Assembly (NCBI RefSeq): GCF_001194135.2
Contig: NC_068985.1
Location: 108,596,310-108,659,871 of the forward strand
Direction of reading: 5' to 3'
DNA: 63,562 nucleotides
Source of the DNA: Octopus bimaculoides
Lineage: Eukaryota
Part shown: piece by piece, positions 24,999-37,095 of the stretch
Numbering within the stretch: the stretch's first letter is position 1
Layout of the letters: every line of letters starts with the position of its first letter
The notes under the pieces: model-generated
Database searches by the model: none
What the model was told of the DNA's origin: nothing
Seen by the model: only the letters and a program-made list of their open reading frames with translations
Made by a program: the position numbers and the translations under genes

Positions 24999-27900
24999 AA
25001 ATAGGCACACATACACACGCACATGACGAGTTTCCACATAGTTTCCGTCCACGAAATTCACTCATTAGACTTTGGTCGGCTCTAGAGGTTTTGGTACATG
25101 CCACTTGCTCCAGGTGATGCAAGATGAGACTGAATCCATGTGTTGTCATGGCGAGCTTGTTAGCTTCATACTGCTGCTGAAAAACTACGACTGGCTATGA
25201 CTTCAATAAATAATGGTTTCTAATTTAGTCACCGGACCAGTGATCTTTAGGGGAAGGGATCGATACTATCCATCTCAATAGTTGACTCTCCTTCACTCAG
25301 GGCAGTTCACTTTGTTGCACAGAGGTGATCTGACTAAATAACGTAGTCTCAACTGGGCGTGGTCTCATATACTCATCTCGGCCAGCACAGACTATCTGTA
25401 CTTGTGTTAGTAAAGCATTATGTATTTAGAAATGTGGTCAAATCGTATTATTACGACTGTATTCAGAGAAGGGCTAATTGACTGGTTGGCAATTAATTAT
25501 TTATTGTTATGTTTCAGCCACTAATTAACTCATACAATCGCTGATTATTCTCCCTCTTTTTTTTTTTTTTTCATTCTATGACAGTTTTGTCCTTTTGATC
25601 TGGCAAGCTGCTTACTCTCTGCATTAAGACCACGTGACACTCTGTTCTGTTTGTCTTTCACTGAGCCAAATTACCCAGGGAGACAATCCATACGACAAAT
25701 GATAATCAAGCTTTTTTTAATCATATATAATGGGGTGAGATCATGCATAAACGAATACACAAACGCATATGCGCCTTTACATGAGTTTAAACGCTCGGAC
25801 ACCCACTCACAATCCCTTCCCCCAATACTCCATACATGTAATACTCCTACACACATTCCAACCCTGCACGAGCACCATCTCCTTTCTTTTAAACATTTTC
25901 AGAAAGCGCTTGTACCCTTAGAGTGTCACATAAAGTTTTGGGGAAAAGGGAAATAATTCTTGAAACAGCCCATGCTGAATTCGTTTCGTCTATTCTCAAA
26001 GCACTCATTAATCGGATGTGATTGTTTTAATCTCTAATAACGGAGAGTAGTGGCCAAATTCTTTTCATACCTGCTAGCTCTGACGAGGCCCCTGTATTAC
26101 ATAACTGTACAGCTGTCTAGTATCCGGTATTAACACCAAGTACGAAACCGATTGGTAAGATCGGCTGTAATTGATATCCAATACTGTATAATTTGTTTAA
26201 TATACTCAATCTCTTGACAAATACTCGAGTGCACATTTTTAATATCTTATGTTTTCCTAGACGATCTAATTAATAGTCATTATGTGGTAAAGAGACAAAA
26301 AAAAAAAAAAGCTCCGAGAGAACTGTTGGCTGAATCTTATTTTAATAAATAGGAGATAACAACAGATATGTTTTAATCTCATTTAAACCCCTGAGTAAGT
26401 CATTGCCTTCTTCGACCTTTACAAACTAGTGTCAAGAAAGGGATGTGTCGTTGCTGTGTTCCACTTCACAATTCTTATTCTAAACATTATACAAAATCAT
26501 TCCATCTAATATTGAACCCCTCTAGAATTTCTTCAGCTGACTTGTGTAGTTCAGACTGAAGGTTAATTGCAACAATCTCGGTATAAAACAGCATTGACTA
26601 AATAATTGTCACTAAATAAGGGTTAATGGCTTAGGCACCGAGAGCAGATCGTAAAGAGCTGGAAGAGATACGGCAAGATTCTCACTATTCTAACAGTCAA
26701 CTGCCTTTCTATCACTAAACAATCTTTTCTGATATACGCAGGGGGCCTCAAGTTTTGGGGGAAGAGGGTAAGTTAATTACGTTGACCCTAGTGCTCAACT
26801 GGTACTCCTCATTTCACCGAGCACGAAAGGATTTTGAACTCAAAACGTAAAGACGGACAAAATACGGTGAGGTAATTTGTCCAGCGTGCTGACGATCTGC
26901 CATCTCGACGCTTTTCCGTCAATAAAGAATATATGTTTCTAGAATGGTGCAAGAAATGGAATTTAGAAGAGAATTTAGCTGATATCATCGATACCTTTAG
27001 TTGACTGATGCTTTGTTTTAACGACTCCCCACACCCACCACAAAGTTAAAATCAAATTTCATTTTAGCAGAATGAATATATCAAGTCCTAAAACCTAGAG
27101 TCTAATCTGATCTAACAGAGAATTGGTCAAAAGAATCAGAGCTTGCTACTCACCTTTTTCGTCTATCGAATAAAGGGTTGGTGTAGCGAAATAAGTTTCA
27201 CTCATGAATGTTACGTGAAGTCAAGGAAGCGGGCTGGCAGAATCATTAGGGCACCCGGCGAAATGCATAGCAGCATTTCGTCCGTCTTCACGTTCTGAAT
27301 TAAAATACCACTGAGGTCGACTTTGCTTTTCATTCTTTTGGTGTCCATAAAATATGTACTAGGTGAGTAATAGGGTCGATGTTATCGACTTTATTCCTTC
27401 CTAAACATTACTATTCTTTTGCCAAAATTGGAAACCAATATTATGTGAGGTCAGGAAAACGATACAAACTGATATCCTTGTAAATATAGTTACGTACCAT
27501 TCTTGAAAAGGTGGGCAATAATTTCTTGTTATAATTTCTTTTAATATTTCCTTTGAAATTAATTAACAATCTTCTATTTTTAAGAATGAAACCAGTAGAA
27601 GATCAAGTAACAAGGAAGATAAATTGGTGAGTTTTATATTACTGCTTACAACAATACTTTCAATTTACTGACACAGAGGCGGAATATTCAGACATGCAAA
27701 TGTATGAATTCTTTTTACCTACTTGCAATTAATAAATCTGTGATTTACAATCACTCCCGTTGTACACCACAAGTGTTTAATCCAGCGGCCCTTCAGTTTT
27801 TTAAAGCCGTATAAAAGAACTCGAAAGTTTGGGCCTCCAGCCGGGCTTTTTCGGATACCATTAAAGCCACGAAATTTTCAGCAGTCCTCATATATATATA

Positions 27901-28090
27901 TATATATATATATATANNNNNNNNNNNNNNNNNNNNNNNNNNNNNNNNNNNNNNNNNNNNNNNNNNNNNNNAAAATTAATAATTTGCATGTTGGGTATGT
28001 CCCTAGTAGTACCTTCACTGGCTATGGCTACCTGGCGGCATCTTCGGTAATTGCAGAATCAGAATTCCTTAGTCTAATATGAGTACATAT

Positions 28091-28136
<46 letters not shown>

Positions 28137-28232
28137 ATGTATGTACGTTTCTTGTTGAAACTGCGCGATCGGTTTCTTTATAGTGATAAATATAGAAAAA
28201 TCGGACCTAAGAAAAATAGCCAAAACTGTATA

Positions 28233-28269
<37 letters not shown>

Positions 28270-28616
28270 TCACGTATTTATTCATGTGCCATCGAGCTTT
28301 ATTTTTTTGACAGTACTGGGCAAAAAGAAGAATAAAAATATTGACAAAAACTTTTCTTGAAGAGAAACATGGGAATAAAAAATATAGGACTGTTGCATAG
28401 TTTGAGACCTAAGCACAATTCAATAATTTGTGAATATATGCCGGAGTTAGTACAGTGAACAGCTGTTTGTATTATTAAATCATTATATAGGTCCGTTTGT
28501 TTCTTTTGCTGCAGTGGGAATTGCAATGTAAATTATATATACACGGCTTCATGCATAATGCACGCCGAGAAGAGTGTCGTTTTGTAAGCCGGATTTTACA
28601 GTTTTATTGATAGATA

Positions 28617-28661
<45 letters not shown>

Positions 28662-30297
28662 CGCGCGCGTGCGTGTGTCTGTATACAGGCGCGTACTCAT
28701 AGACATGTATATACGCACACATATACACAGTAATTGGTTATGAAATAATTCAGAGAGAAGCAAGAGTCATTCTATAACTGAATATTGTTTAAAATTAATG
28801 TTTTGCTACTTCAAGTTCCATCAAGTAAATATCATGATATTTCTCAGGGATATCACGAAAATAAAGGAGATAAAAGCAAATAATTTCTTCAATTCCAAAT
28901 ATACGCCATTTTGGTTTTCAGTCAGTAACTGTCAAACACATTGTAATGTTATAGATGGGAGATAATCCATGACTAGTTTTGGTCTGGTTACTTCCCGTAA
29001 TTTAAATCATAAGAGATATAAATTAAACGACTCTTATGTGATAAGAAAGTTATTAGTGTTATACAGTCAGGTAGAGCACCTGAGTCAATTTTAAAGGAGT
29101 GAAATTGGAATATTCCAGAAAATTTCACGGTTTCTCTACTGGAATAATTAGTTACAGAAATATATTTTTGCTAAAATAAGATTCCTTTGCCTAGGTTTAT
29201 TTGATTTGTCTCCGTATATATAGCAACTTACATCTGGCAGCCTACATCGTCAATCTGGTGACAATATAGGTTGCCAGAATTTTAGTAACTATTTGGGTGG
29301 TGTCTTTTGCCAAGAAATTCAAAGCATTTATATATGTAAGATTTTATTTCACTCTCAACCGTCGGACATCATCAACTGATGTTTCAAAAATTTTTACATC
29401 GGTATGGCCAGCATCAAAGAAAATTGAATATTTTATGGCACTTTTCGATAATGAAATTGCAAATTTTATTGTGTGAGAGACTAACAATTATAGTTTTTCT
29501 ACTTATTCAAAGTGAAAATAAGTATAAGAATTTCACTTAAGAAAAAGAATTTATTTTCTTCTTTACCTCTTTCGTTCAGACATTTATCAAACCCTTTCTC
29601 GTTTAAGCGGTAATGATTAATGTTATGATATTTTCTACTGAGTATAAATGGCAATGAATCGTACGTTTGATACACAATCTGCTTTATTCTCATATTTTCT
29701 AAATGATATTGTACTTATGTACGATCAATTGTAGTTCCTATATATTAATTTCTGAAGAAAGTACAGCGCTTCGCGTATCTTCGTTAATTTATGCAGCACT
29801 TAACGATTTCTACGCCACAAACGTTTTTACTACTGGACACTTGATGGAAAAAAAAGGGTAATAGTTAGTCGCTATAAAATTTGATGGGTCGTTACTCTTT
29901 ACGGACGTCTTTCTTTTTTTCAACCACATGTGGCAACGAAAGTTTCCTAAAAGAGAATAGAAGACATTGGGCCCATCGTCATGACAGTGGAGGTAACACG
30001 AGTATTCGTCACATGCATGAAAACCTAAACGTTACAGCACGATTACACACACACTCACACACACACGCACGCACAGACACACACACACGCACACACACAA
30101 TGTATGTTAATTAATCGGAATAAAGTGACTCAAGGACAAGAATTTCATACATAGTACCAATGTTTTTCGAGCACGAAAATACCGCACTATGAATAGTTTT
30201 GTAACATCTGCCGATTACAAATAATGTAATACATACATACTTATATGTATAGAATTCTTTTCATCCTATTTATTCTATCAAAACCATATAATACGCG

Positions 30298-30336
<39 letters not shown>

Positions 30337-31696
30337 GTGGAGAGTGAGAGAGGGAGAGAGAGAGACAGTGAATGAGATAAGTACATATGCTTACATTAAT
30401 ACCCACGCCAGTATATATATATATATATGTACATTCATATATAGACAAGTATGTTCATATAAGTATGTGTGTACTACGTGTGTTTTTGTGTGTATACTTG
30501 TTCGATGTGGGTTGGGAGATGTTTCCTAAATGCTTATTGACTGATATTTTATAATACTTTACATTTTATACGTCTCTATAGTCACAACTGCGTTCCAACT
30601 ATGAAACCACATGTAACCGAATTTTACCATTCTTGGAGAAAACTCTGCAAGTCTACAACAATGGAAATCAATATTTCTTAGGGAATCAGGTAAGATTTCA
30701 ATAGTTCATACCTTGGCTTTAGTATACACACACACACGCACACACACACGCACATACACGCATACACACAGACACACAAACATACACGCGCATACACATA
30801 CACATATTTAGGAATGCATGTATGCTTGTATAAAATTATGTATAATGTAATTATTCGTAAGTAGCATCACGTAGAAGGAATATATTTGTTGTAATAAAGT
30901 CGATGGATATTAGTTTTCTATTCTTCAGAAAACTTTTCAGACACAGGCGCTCTCTATTCACAACCAACTGAGGCATCCTTTATTGGGAACGGTTTAATAA
31001 CATGGAAATAGTAACATTTAACTATAATATATATATTTATAAGTTTTTGTAAAGATTNNNNNNNNNNNNNNNNNNNNNNNNNNNNNNNNNNNNNNNNNNN
31101 NNNNNNNNNNNNNNNNNNNNNNNNNNNNNNNNNNNNNNNNNNNNNNNNNNNNNNNNNNNNNNNNNNNNNNNNNNNNNNNNNNNNNNNNNNNNNNNNNNNN
31201 NNNNNNNNNNNNNNNNNNNNNNNNNNNNNNNNNNNNNNNNNNNNNNNNNNNNNNNNNNNNNNNNNNNNNNNNNNNNNNNNNNNNNNNNNNNNNNNNNNNN
31301 NNNNNNNNNNNNNNNNNNNNNNNNNNNNNNNNNNNNNNNNNNNNNNNNNNNNNNNNNNNNNNNNNNNNNNNNNNNNNNNNNNNNNNNNNNNNNNNNNNNN
31401 NNNNNNNNNNNNNNNNNNNNNNNNNNNNNNNNNNNNNNNNNNNNNNNNNNNNNNNNNNNNNNNNNNNNNNNNNNNNNNNNNNNNNNNNNNNNNNNNNNNN
31501 NNNNNNNNNNNNNNNNNNNNNNNNNNNNNNNNNNNNNNNNNNNNNNNNNNNNNNNNNNNNNNNNNNNNNNNNNNNNNNNNNNNNNNNNNNNNNNNNNNNN
31601 NNNNNNNNNNNNNNNNNNNNNNNNNNNNNNNNNNNNNNNNNNNNNNNNNNNNNNNNNNNNNNNNNNNNNNNNNNNNNNNNNNNNNNNNNNNNTGTG

Positions 31697-31744
<48 letters not shown>

Positions 31745-32590
31745 AATATGTTTAGAATGTGCTTCCGGTTCTTTCTTGAATGGACCATTCTTACCTATTT
31801 TTCCAAAATTGCTAAATTAGAATCACTTCCACGTGGTGGCAGGAGTCCTCCAAGTGACCGTTTCCGATTTCGTAGGTACTACTTGCCAACTATTATCTGT
31901 AACATGTCAACCTTGTAACATGTCCGTCCAAGTGGAAGTTGTGCTTTCCGTATTCTGGGATCACATTGGTCACACCGCTGAGTCTTCGAATTAATTTCAT
32001 TTCGAATATGCTCTCGCAATGATATTCATAGCATAGATATTTCCATGGCTTTTGGCGTCGTAGCCAATCGAAGTTTTTCTCTCTCTGTTCTAATTTAATC
32101 TTAATAAAATGTAACCGAAGGGTGTTGACGTTTCGGACACTAATCGTTCGCCAGAAAGAAGAGAAATAATAAAAATAAAAATGGAGATTGAATGAGGAAA
32201 TGTGACTGGAGAAAGAGACAAAGAGAAGAAAAAAGCTGTAGATATTGGGGGCCCAGATGTAAGTGCAGTCCTTTGGGTAAGAAAGGAAAAGAGAAAGGGC
32301 GAATGTAATGTGATCATATAGGCCAACAACAACATCAGGAACAGCAACAACAATAACAACAAATACACGCGTGCAGATTCTCAGGCATAATGCACATATC
32401 CTTTTAAATTTTCATTCTTATTTAGGTGTTGCTGTGTGATGTGATGGCTTATGCCACTCTGGAAAATATTGTTGAAGATTCGCCATCTCTTCTGAACGGA
32501 TACCCAAAACTTCGAGCTCTCATGAATCGCATTTCTGATTACCCGAAAATCAATTCCTACCTCAAAGATCGCACACCCTCAGAGTTCTGA
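16005..32590 (+). CDS. Sigma-class glutathione S-transferase / S-crystallin (SL11-like with central insert), spliced, 6 coding exons, 219 aa
   Basis: join(16005-16137,20007-20102,23602-23717,27585-27626,30582-30689,32426-32590) = 660 nt, open. Translation: [219 protein letters not shown]. Sigma-GST/S-crystallin motifs: Y8, GRAE, W39, P52, [28 protein letters not shown]. Intron phases 1,1,0,0,0, all GT-AG. Confidence 0.93.
16245..16575 (-). mobile_element. Family C SINE in intron 1 with internal (ATCT)n
   Basis: Reverse-strand match to TTGACAACCGGTG and CTACTATAGC motifs; the head ends at GTGGTTGCGAAGTGAACTTCTTAACCAC. Confidence 0.7.
17213..17408 (+). mobile_element. Family B SINE 5' half in intron 1
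   Basis: GGCGCAATGGCCCAGTGGTTAGGGCAGCGGACTCG...CCCTGCTGTACTCTT; breaks off at 17408. Confidence 0.88.
17409..17443. mobile_element. Possible piggyBac-type terminus truncating the SINE
   Basis: Reverse complement TTAA-CCCTTTAGCATTCAGATTACG shows a TTAA site plus CCC end; the partner end was not found. Confidence 0.3.
17963..18120 (+). repeat. Compound trinucleotide microsatellite (ATC)n(GTC)n(AGT/AGC)n, representative of the many (TA)n, (CA)n, (TAA)n, (TATG)n, (ATCT)n and (ACT)n tracts in the window
   Basis: Directly visible; these tracts produce the homopolymeric and dipeptide ORFs in the track. Confidence 0.95.
18385..19018 (+). mobile_element. Two family A SINE copies in intron 1 (about 18385-18575 and 18810-19018)
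   Basis: GGCGAGTTGGCAGAATCGCTAGCATGCCGGGCAAAATGCTTAGCGGCATTTCG...GAGGTCGACTTTGCTTTTCATCC...GGCCTTGTGCC. Confidence 0.85.
19079..19635 (-). mobile_element. About 557-bp non-autonomous element embedded in an (ATT)n/(TAA)n tract
   Basis: Non-simple sequence sharply bounded by (ATT)n on both sides (to 19078 and from about 19639); no coherent ORF; resembles an abundant octopus repeat (recalled, not searched). Confidence 0.55.
19737..19930 (+). mobile_element. Family A SINE just upstream of exon 2
   Basis: GCGGTGAGCTGGCAGAATCGTCAGTACG...GAGTTCAAATTCCGCCGAGGTCATCCTTTCGGGGTCGATAAATTAAG, with an internal deletion. Confidence 0.88.
20007..20102 (+). CDS. S-crystallin/GST coding exon 2 ([33 protein letters not shown])
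   Basis: Acceptor TTTTCTCCTTCAG, donor G|GTAAGT, 96 nt, phase 1/1; contains the conserved Pro52 and the QS motif. Confidence 0.95.
20560..23160 (+). mobile_element. Decayed RTE-clade LINE (APE endonuclease + RT) in intron 2, sense orientation
   Basis: Broken frames give [61 protein letters not shown] (for LLFADDC) and [10 protein letters not shown]; many stops and frameshifts; ends in an ATC/ATT tail near 23150. Confidence 0.85.
23405..23568 (+). mobile_element. Family A SINE ending about 33 nt before the exon 3 acceptor
   Basis: GCTGCCAGAATCGTTAACACCCCGGGCAAAATGCTTA...AAATTCCGCCGTGGTTGACTTTG...TACTGGGGTCG.TGTAATCGACT. Confidence 0.85.
23602..23717 (+). CDS. S-crystallin/GST coding exon 3 ([39 protein letters not shown])
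   Basis: Acceptor TACTTCGTCAG, donor CAT|GTAAGT, 116 nt, phase 1/0; matches the S-crystallin helix-4 pattern HG.N..E..RVD.I..CFYDILD.YM.MY. Confidence 0.95.
26745..26911 (-). mobile_element. Family A SINE (internally deleted) in intron 3
   Basis: GACCCTAGTGCTCAACTGGTAC...TTTGAACTCAAAACGTAAAGACGGAC...CCAGCGTGCTGACGATCTGCCA. Confidence 0.75.
27225..27444 (+). mobile_element. Family A SINE in intron 3, inverted relative to the 26745-26911 copy
   Basis: GGGCTGGCAGAATCATTAG...CATTTCGTCCGTCTTCACGTTCTG...GAGGTCGACTTTGCTTTTCATTC...GCCAAAATTGGAAACCAATATT. Confidence 0.8.
27585..27626 (+). CDS. S-crystallin coding exon 4, 42-nt central insert ([14 protein letters not shown])
   Basis: Acceptor CTTCTATTTTTAAG with an ATTAAC branch-like motif upstream, donor TTG|GTGAGT, phase 0/0, open frame. 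It lies where S-crystallins carry the variable insert between helices 4 and 5. The peptide is not conserved, so the call rests on splice signals and position. Confidence 0.75.
30582..30689 (+). CDS. S-crystallin/GST coding exon 5 ([36 protein letters not shown])
   Basis: Acceptor CGTCTCTATAG, donor CAG|GTAAGA, 108 nt, phase 0/0; TC.RILPF.EKTL and YFLG motifs. Confidence 0.94.
31760..32070 (-). mobile_element. Possible RTE-type LINE 3' fragment in intron 5
   Basis: Minus frames give [17 protein letters not shown] and [14 protein letters not shown], resembling the RTE C-terminal LRW.GH..R and RKRPRGRP..RW region. Confidence 0.4.
32426..32590 (+). CDS. S-crystallin/GST terminal coding exon 6 ([14 protein letters not shown]...YPKLRAL...[10 protein letters not shown])
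   Basis: Acceptor TTCTTATTTAG; TGA at 32588-32590; GST C-terminal motifs LxD, YPKL, YL..R..SEF. Confidence 0.95.
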   Translation: MLLCDVMAYATLENIVEDSPSLLNGYPKLRALMNRISDYPKINSYLKDRTPSEF

Positions 32591-32643
32591 AGAGAGATTT
32601 ACTGGTCGGTTTGTTTGTACTTTTATTACCATCACTCTTTTAA

Positions 32644-32649
32644 AATAAA
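32644..32649 (+). terminator. Polyadenylation signal AATAAA of the S-crystallin gene
   Basis: First AATAAA, 54 nt after the stop, followed by a T-rich tract. Confidence 0.55.
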
Positions 32650-32939
32650 AACACATTTTTTATTTATTGTTTGTTTCTCTCTTTCACTGTTATATATATA
32701 TATCTATATATATATATATATATATGTATATACATATATATATCTCGTTACTATTATCTCCACACCACAGCACCACCACACCCACCCAACCACACCACAT
32801 CATACCAAACCACACACCACCACACTACATCACACCACCCCGCACACACTAGCATTGACCACTTCCTAGCACCCACGCCATTATTCACACACCCACACAT
32901 TACAAACGCACGCACTTACACACGCATAATAATAATAAT

Positions 32940-32998
<59 letters not shown>

Positions 32999-33663
32999 TA
33001 ACATCGGAAAAATACTTTAGGAATGAGAACCCAGGTTCGAAATTCCCCCAGGGCAATCGATGAAGTCTAGAGAGTACATAAGCCAAAACATTATGTTAAC
33101 AACAAACAAGCTGATGACAAATATCTGTCAATTGTAAATAATGTAAATAATATAAATACTTAATGTACAAACAACTTGTATTTTTGAAATCACATTCACT
33201 TAATATTTCTAGATAATTAAAATACTGTGTTTAACAAAAGCGAAAATAGAAACATTTAATGTAAAAACAACTGGTATTTTTCGTTAGCAAGTTAAAGTCA
33301 CGAAGACTTTTGCCCAGGTCGTGAAGTTTGTTTTCAAAATACAGAAGACATTGATCATAATATCTCTAATTGAAAGGCTAGAGTTTCTTCCCTTTCAAGG
33401 TTATGTTATTTTAGGAGTATTTTCCCATTATGCACAGTTTTGGCTATTTATGAATACCCAAAAACCCCATCATATCTCTGGAATCCCTGGTCGGATTTAC
33501 GCGAAACTTGTTTTATTCCGTTTGTATTCTCATTTCAGGAGTGGCTTAGTTCATAGCATTTTCTCATTATGCGCCAGTTTGGCTGTGTTAAATGACAGAC
33601 AAGCAAGCAATGAGAGAGTTTTAGTAGCAGTAGCAGCAGCAGCACTACTACTAGTAGTAGTAG

Positions 33664-33695
<32 letters not shown>

Positions 33696-34888
33696 TGTAT
33701 GTATGTATCTATGGTAAATCGTTTTAAAGATGAAATTCAAATATATAAAACTATACAGAATAGTATATAGAATACTGAAATAGAAAACTCCTAGCATGCA
33801 AAACTTCGATGTCTACTCATAAACACGACGGACACTCTACAATTATACTAAAGCTGTCTTTGAATTTCTCTATCTATTTTAGATAGTAGAACGTTTATCC
33901 TATTTACAGAATACTTGGGTTCGAGTTGCAAGAGCAGCCTTAGAATTTTTTTTCCATCAAAGTGTTTTTNNNNNNNNNNNNNNNNNNNNNNNNNNNNNNN
34001 NNNNNNNNNNNNNNNNNNNNNNNNNNNNNNNNNNNNNNNNNNNNNNNNNNNNNNNNNNNNNNNNNNNNNNNNNNNNNNNNNNNNNNNNNNNNNNNNNNNN
34101 NNNNNNNNNNNNNNNNNNNNNNNNNNNNNNNNNNNNNNNNNNNNNNNNNNNNNNNNNNNNNNNNNNNNNNNNNNNNNNNNNNNNNNNNNNNNNNNNNNNN
34201 NNNNNNNNNNNNNNNNNNNNNNNNNNNNNNNNNNNNNNNNNNNNNNNNNNNNNNNNNNNNNNNNNNNNNNNNNNNNNNNNNNNNNNNNNNNNNNNNNNNN
34301 NNNNNNNNNNNNNNNNNNNNNNNNNNNNNNNNNNNNNNNNNNNNNNNNNNNNNNNNNNNNNNNNNNNNNNNNNNNNNNNNNNNNNNNNNNNNNNNNNNNN
34401 NNNNNNNNNNNNNNNNNNNNNNNNNNNNNNNNNNNNNNNNNNNNNNNNNNNNNNNNNNNNNNNNNNNNNNNNNNNNNNNNNNNNNNNNNNNNNNNNNNNN
34501 NNNNNNNNNNNNNNNNNNNNNNNNNNNNNNNNNNNNNNNNNNNNNNNNNNNNNNNNATATATATATATATATATATACAGGTTGGACTCTCATGTTGAAG
34601 ACGACATATGAGCGTTCAGCTTGTTGCCGAACTACCTGCACAAATGATTTCTTTATAGTGATCAAATATTTGTGAGGCATATAAGCTCACTCCCTCCATT
34701 AAATCGACGTTGTATGAACAGGTGCACTGTCTACCATGCGTCAGGCGTTGAAGTGATTGCAGACTAAAATGAAAAGAAGTGTTTTGCTCAAGAACACAGC
34801 CTACCACCTGGTCCAGGAACTGAAAACATGATCCATCATATATATACATAAATATAAATATATATAAATGTATATATAATAATATAAT

Positions 34889-34960
<72 letters not shown>

Positions 34961-35124
34961 CGCGCGCGTGTGTGTATAGGCAGATACGCACTCGTATATA
35001 TGTGTGGGTGTAATGAAATCTTACAGCCATAGTCAAATACACCAGAACGCGCATAGTAATAGATAATCACCATCATATACACAGACACGAGTGCATACAC
35101 ACACACACACACACGCACACACAG

Positions 35125-35160
<36 letters not shown>

Positions 35161-35626
35161 ACGCACACTCACACACATTTACACACACAATCAAAGAAAT
35201 AAACAAGCAATGAATAGAATATAATTAACAGAACATTAAGAAAGCTCACTAATAATCTCTAAATCGTAAACACAGATGAAGGATTGATAGATAAGCAGGG
35301 AGAACACGCAGAAGACGTTCATCGTAATCGATATTGCTAGAAACTGTAACGAAATTTCATATTGGCAAAGTTTTTTTCTCATTTGACTAGTGCATCATAT
35401 TTATTTTTTTGTCTTTTACTTGTTCCAGTCATTGGATAAGGTTCATGTTAATGCACCACCTTGAAAGTTGACAGTCAATCTGCTTGAGCCCAGGAATTAT
35501 TTTTCTTATGTGTGACACTTATACTACTGATCAAATTTGCGGAACCGCAAGTTAAGGGGACGTAAAACAACAGTGATTTTTAAGCAGCGAGGCATGGACA
35601 AACATAAGTACAAAGACACACACAAG

Positions 35627-35696
<70 letters not shown>

Positions 35697-36625
35697 AAAC
35701 ACACCAATTCACGCACAAGTCATTGGTTGACACCCAGGGCTTAAGACACTTGCTGTGAATGTGCTGTACAGTGGGACTGAACTCGAAAGCGCGTGGTAGC
35801 ACAGCAAACTTCTTGACCACACAGCTATGCCTGCGCCTGTATTTATGACTGATTTAAGATTTTTGCACAACGTCAGCAATTTCGGTTGGTGGGGGTGGTG
35901 ATTAGCTAATCGATTACAGTGACTCCTCATGTTCAACTGGTACTTATTTTATCGAACCCGAAAGGATGAAAGGCAAAGTCAACCAGAGCAAAATTCACAC
36001 TCAGAACATAAAAGACGGACGAAATGCAGCTGCGCATTTTGCCCATTTTACGATTCTGTCAGCTCGACGCATTATCTATGATTACACACTGTTTAAGATA
36101 ATATCTCTCTATCACTTTGTGCTCTTTTTGATTTTCGTTTAAAATTCTATATCATAGGGAATCGCATATTTTAGAAATGAATCAATACTAAAGATTGAGT
36201 GTGATATAATCCACTGGCACATTATTAGGATTTTGTTTTATAAAATTGCATTATTAATTGATAATTAATATCAGATAAAAAGAAAGAAATTTTAATATTG
36301 ATTAGAAAATATAAATACTTGCTAACATATAAATTAATTTATATATGATAAAAGCAATTGCAAAGTGATAAAAGTAATTATTAAGTTATTAAATAATATT
36401 AATATAAAATTAATTGATGACAAATAAAACAGTTTCCGACATGTAATAATAATAATTACTAATTAATGTTAATAATTGCTAACATAACAAACAACTGCTA
36501 ACATCTAAACGTTGCTGACAACATAAAATAATGATTACCAGATAAAAATAATTTATAAGATTTTAGAATATTTGATGAAAGCCAAACACAGGCACTAACG
36601 TAGTATAATAATAATGATGATGATG

Positions 36626-36665
<40 letters not shown>

Positions 36666-37014
36666 TAATAAGCGTTAAACATTAATCAATTGTTAACATA
36701 GAAATATAGAAATAAGATAAAATATTGAAATAAAAGATTAAAAGTGAAATAAAGTGAGAGAAAGAGAGAGAGAGAAAGAAAGAGATGGAGAGAAAGAACG
36801 AGAAATATATATATANNNNNNNNNNNNNNNNNNNNNNNNNNNNNNNNNNNNNNNNNNNNNNNNNNNNNNNNNNNNNNNNNNNNNNNNNNNNNNNNNNNNN
36901 NNNNNNNNNNNNNNNNNNNNNNNNNNNNNNNNNNNNNNNNNNNNNNNNNNNNNNNNNNNNNNNNNNNNNNNNNNNNNNNNNNNNNNNNNNNNNNNNNNNN
37001 NNNNNNNNNNNNNN

Positions 37015-37095
<81 letters not shown>

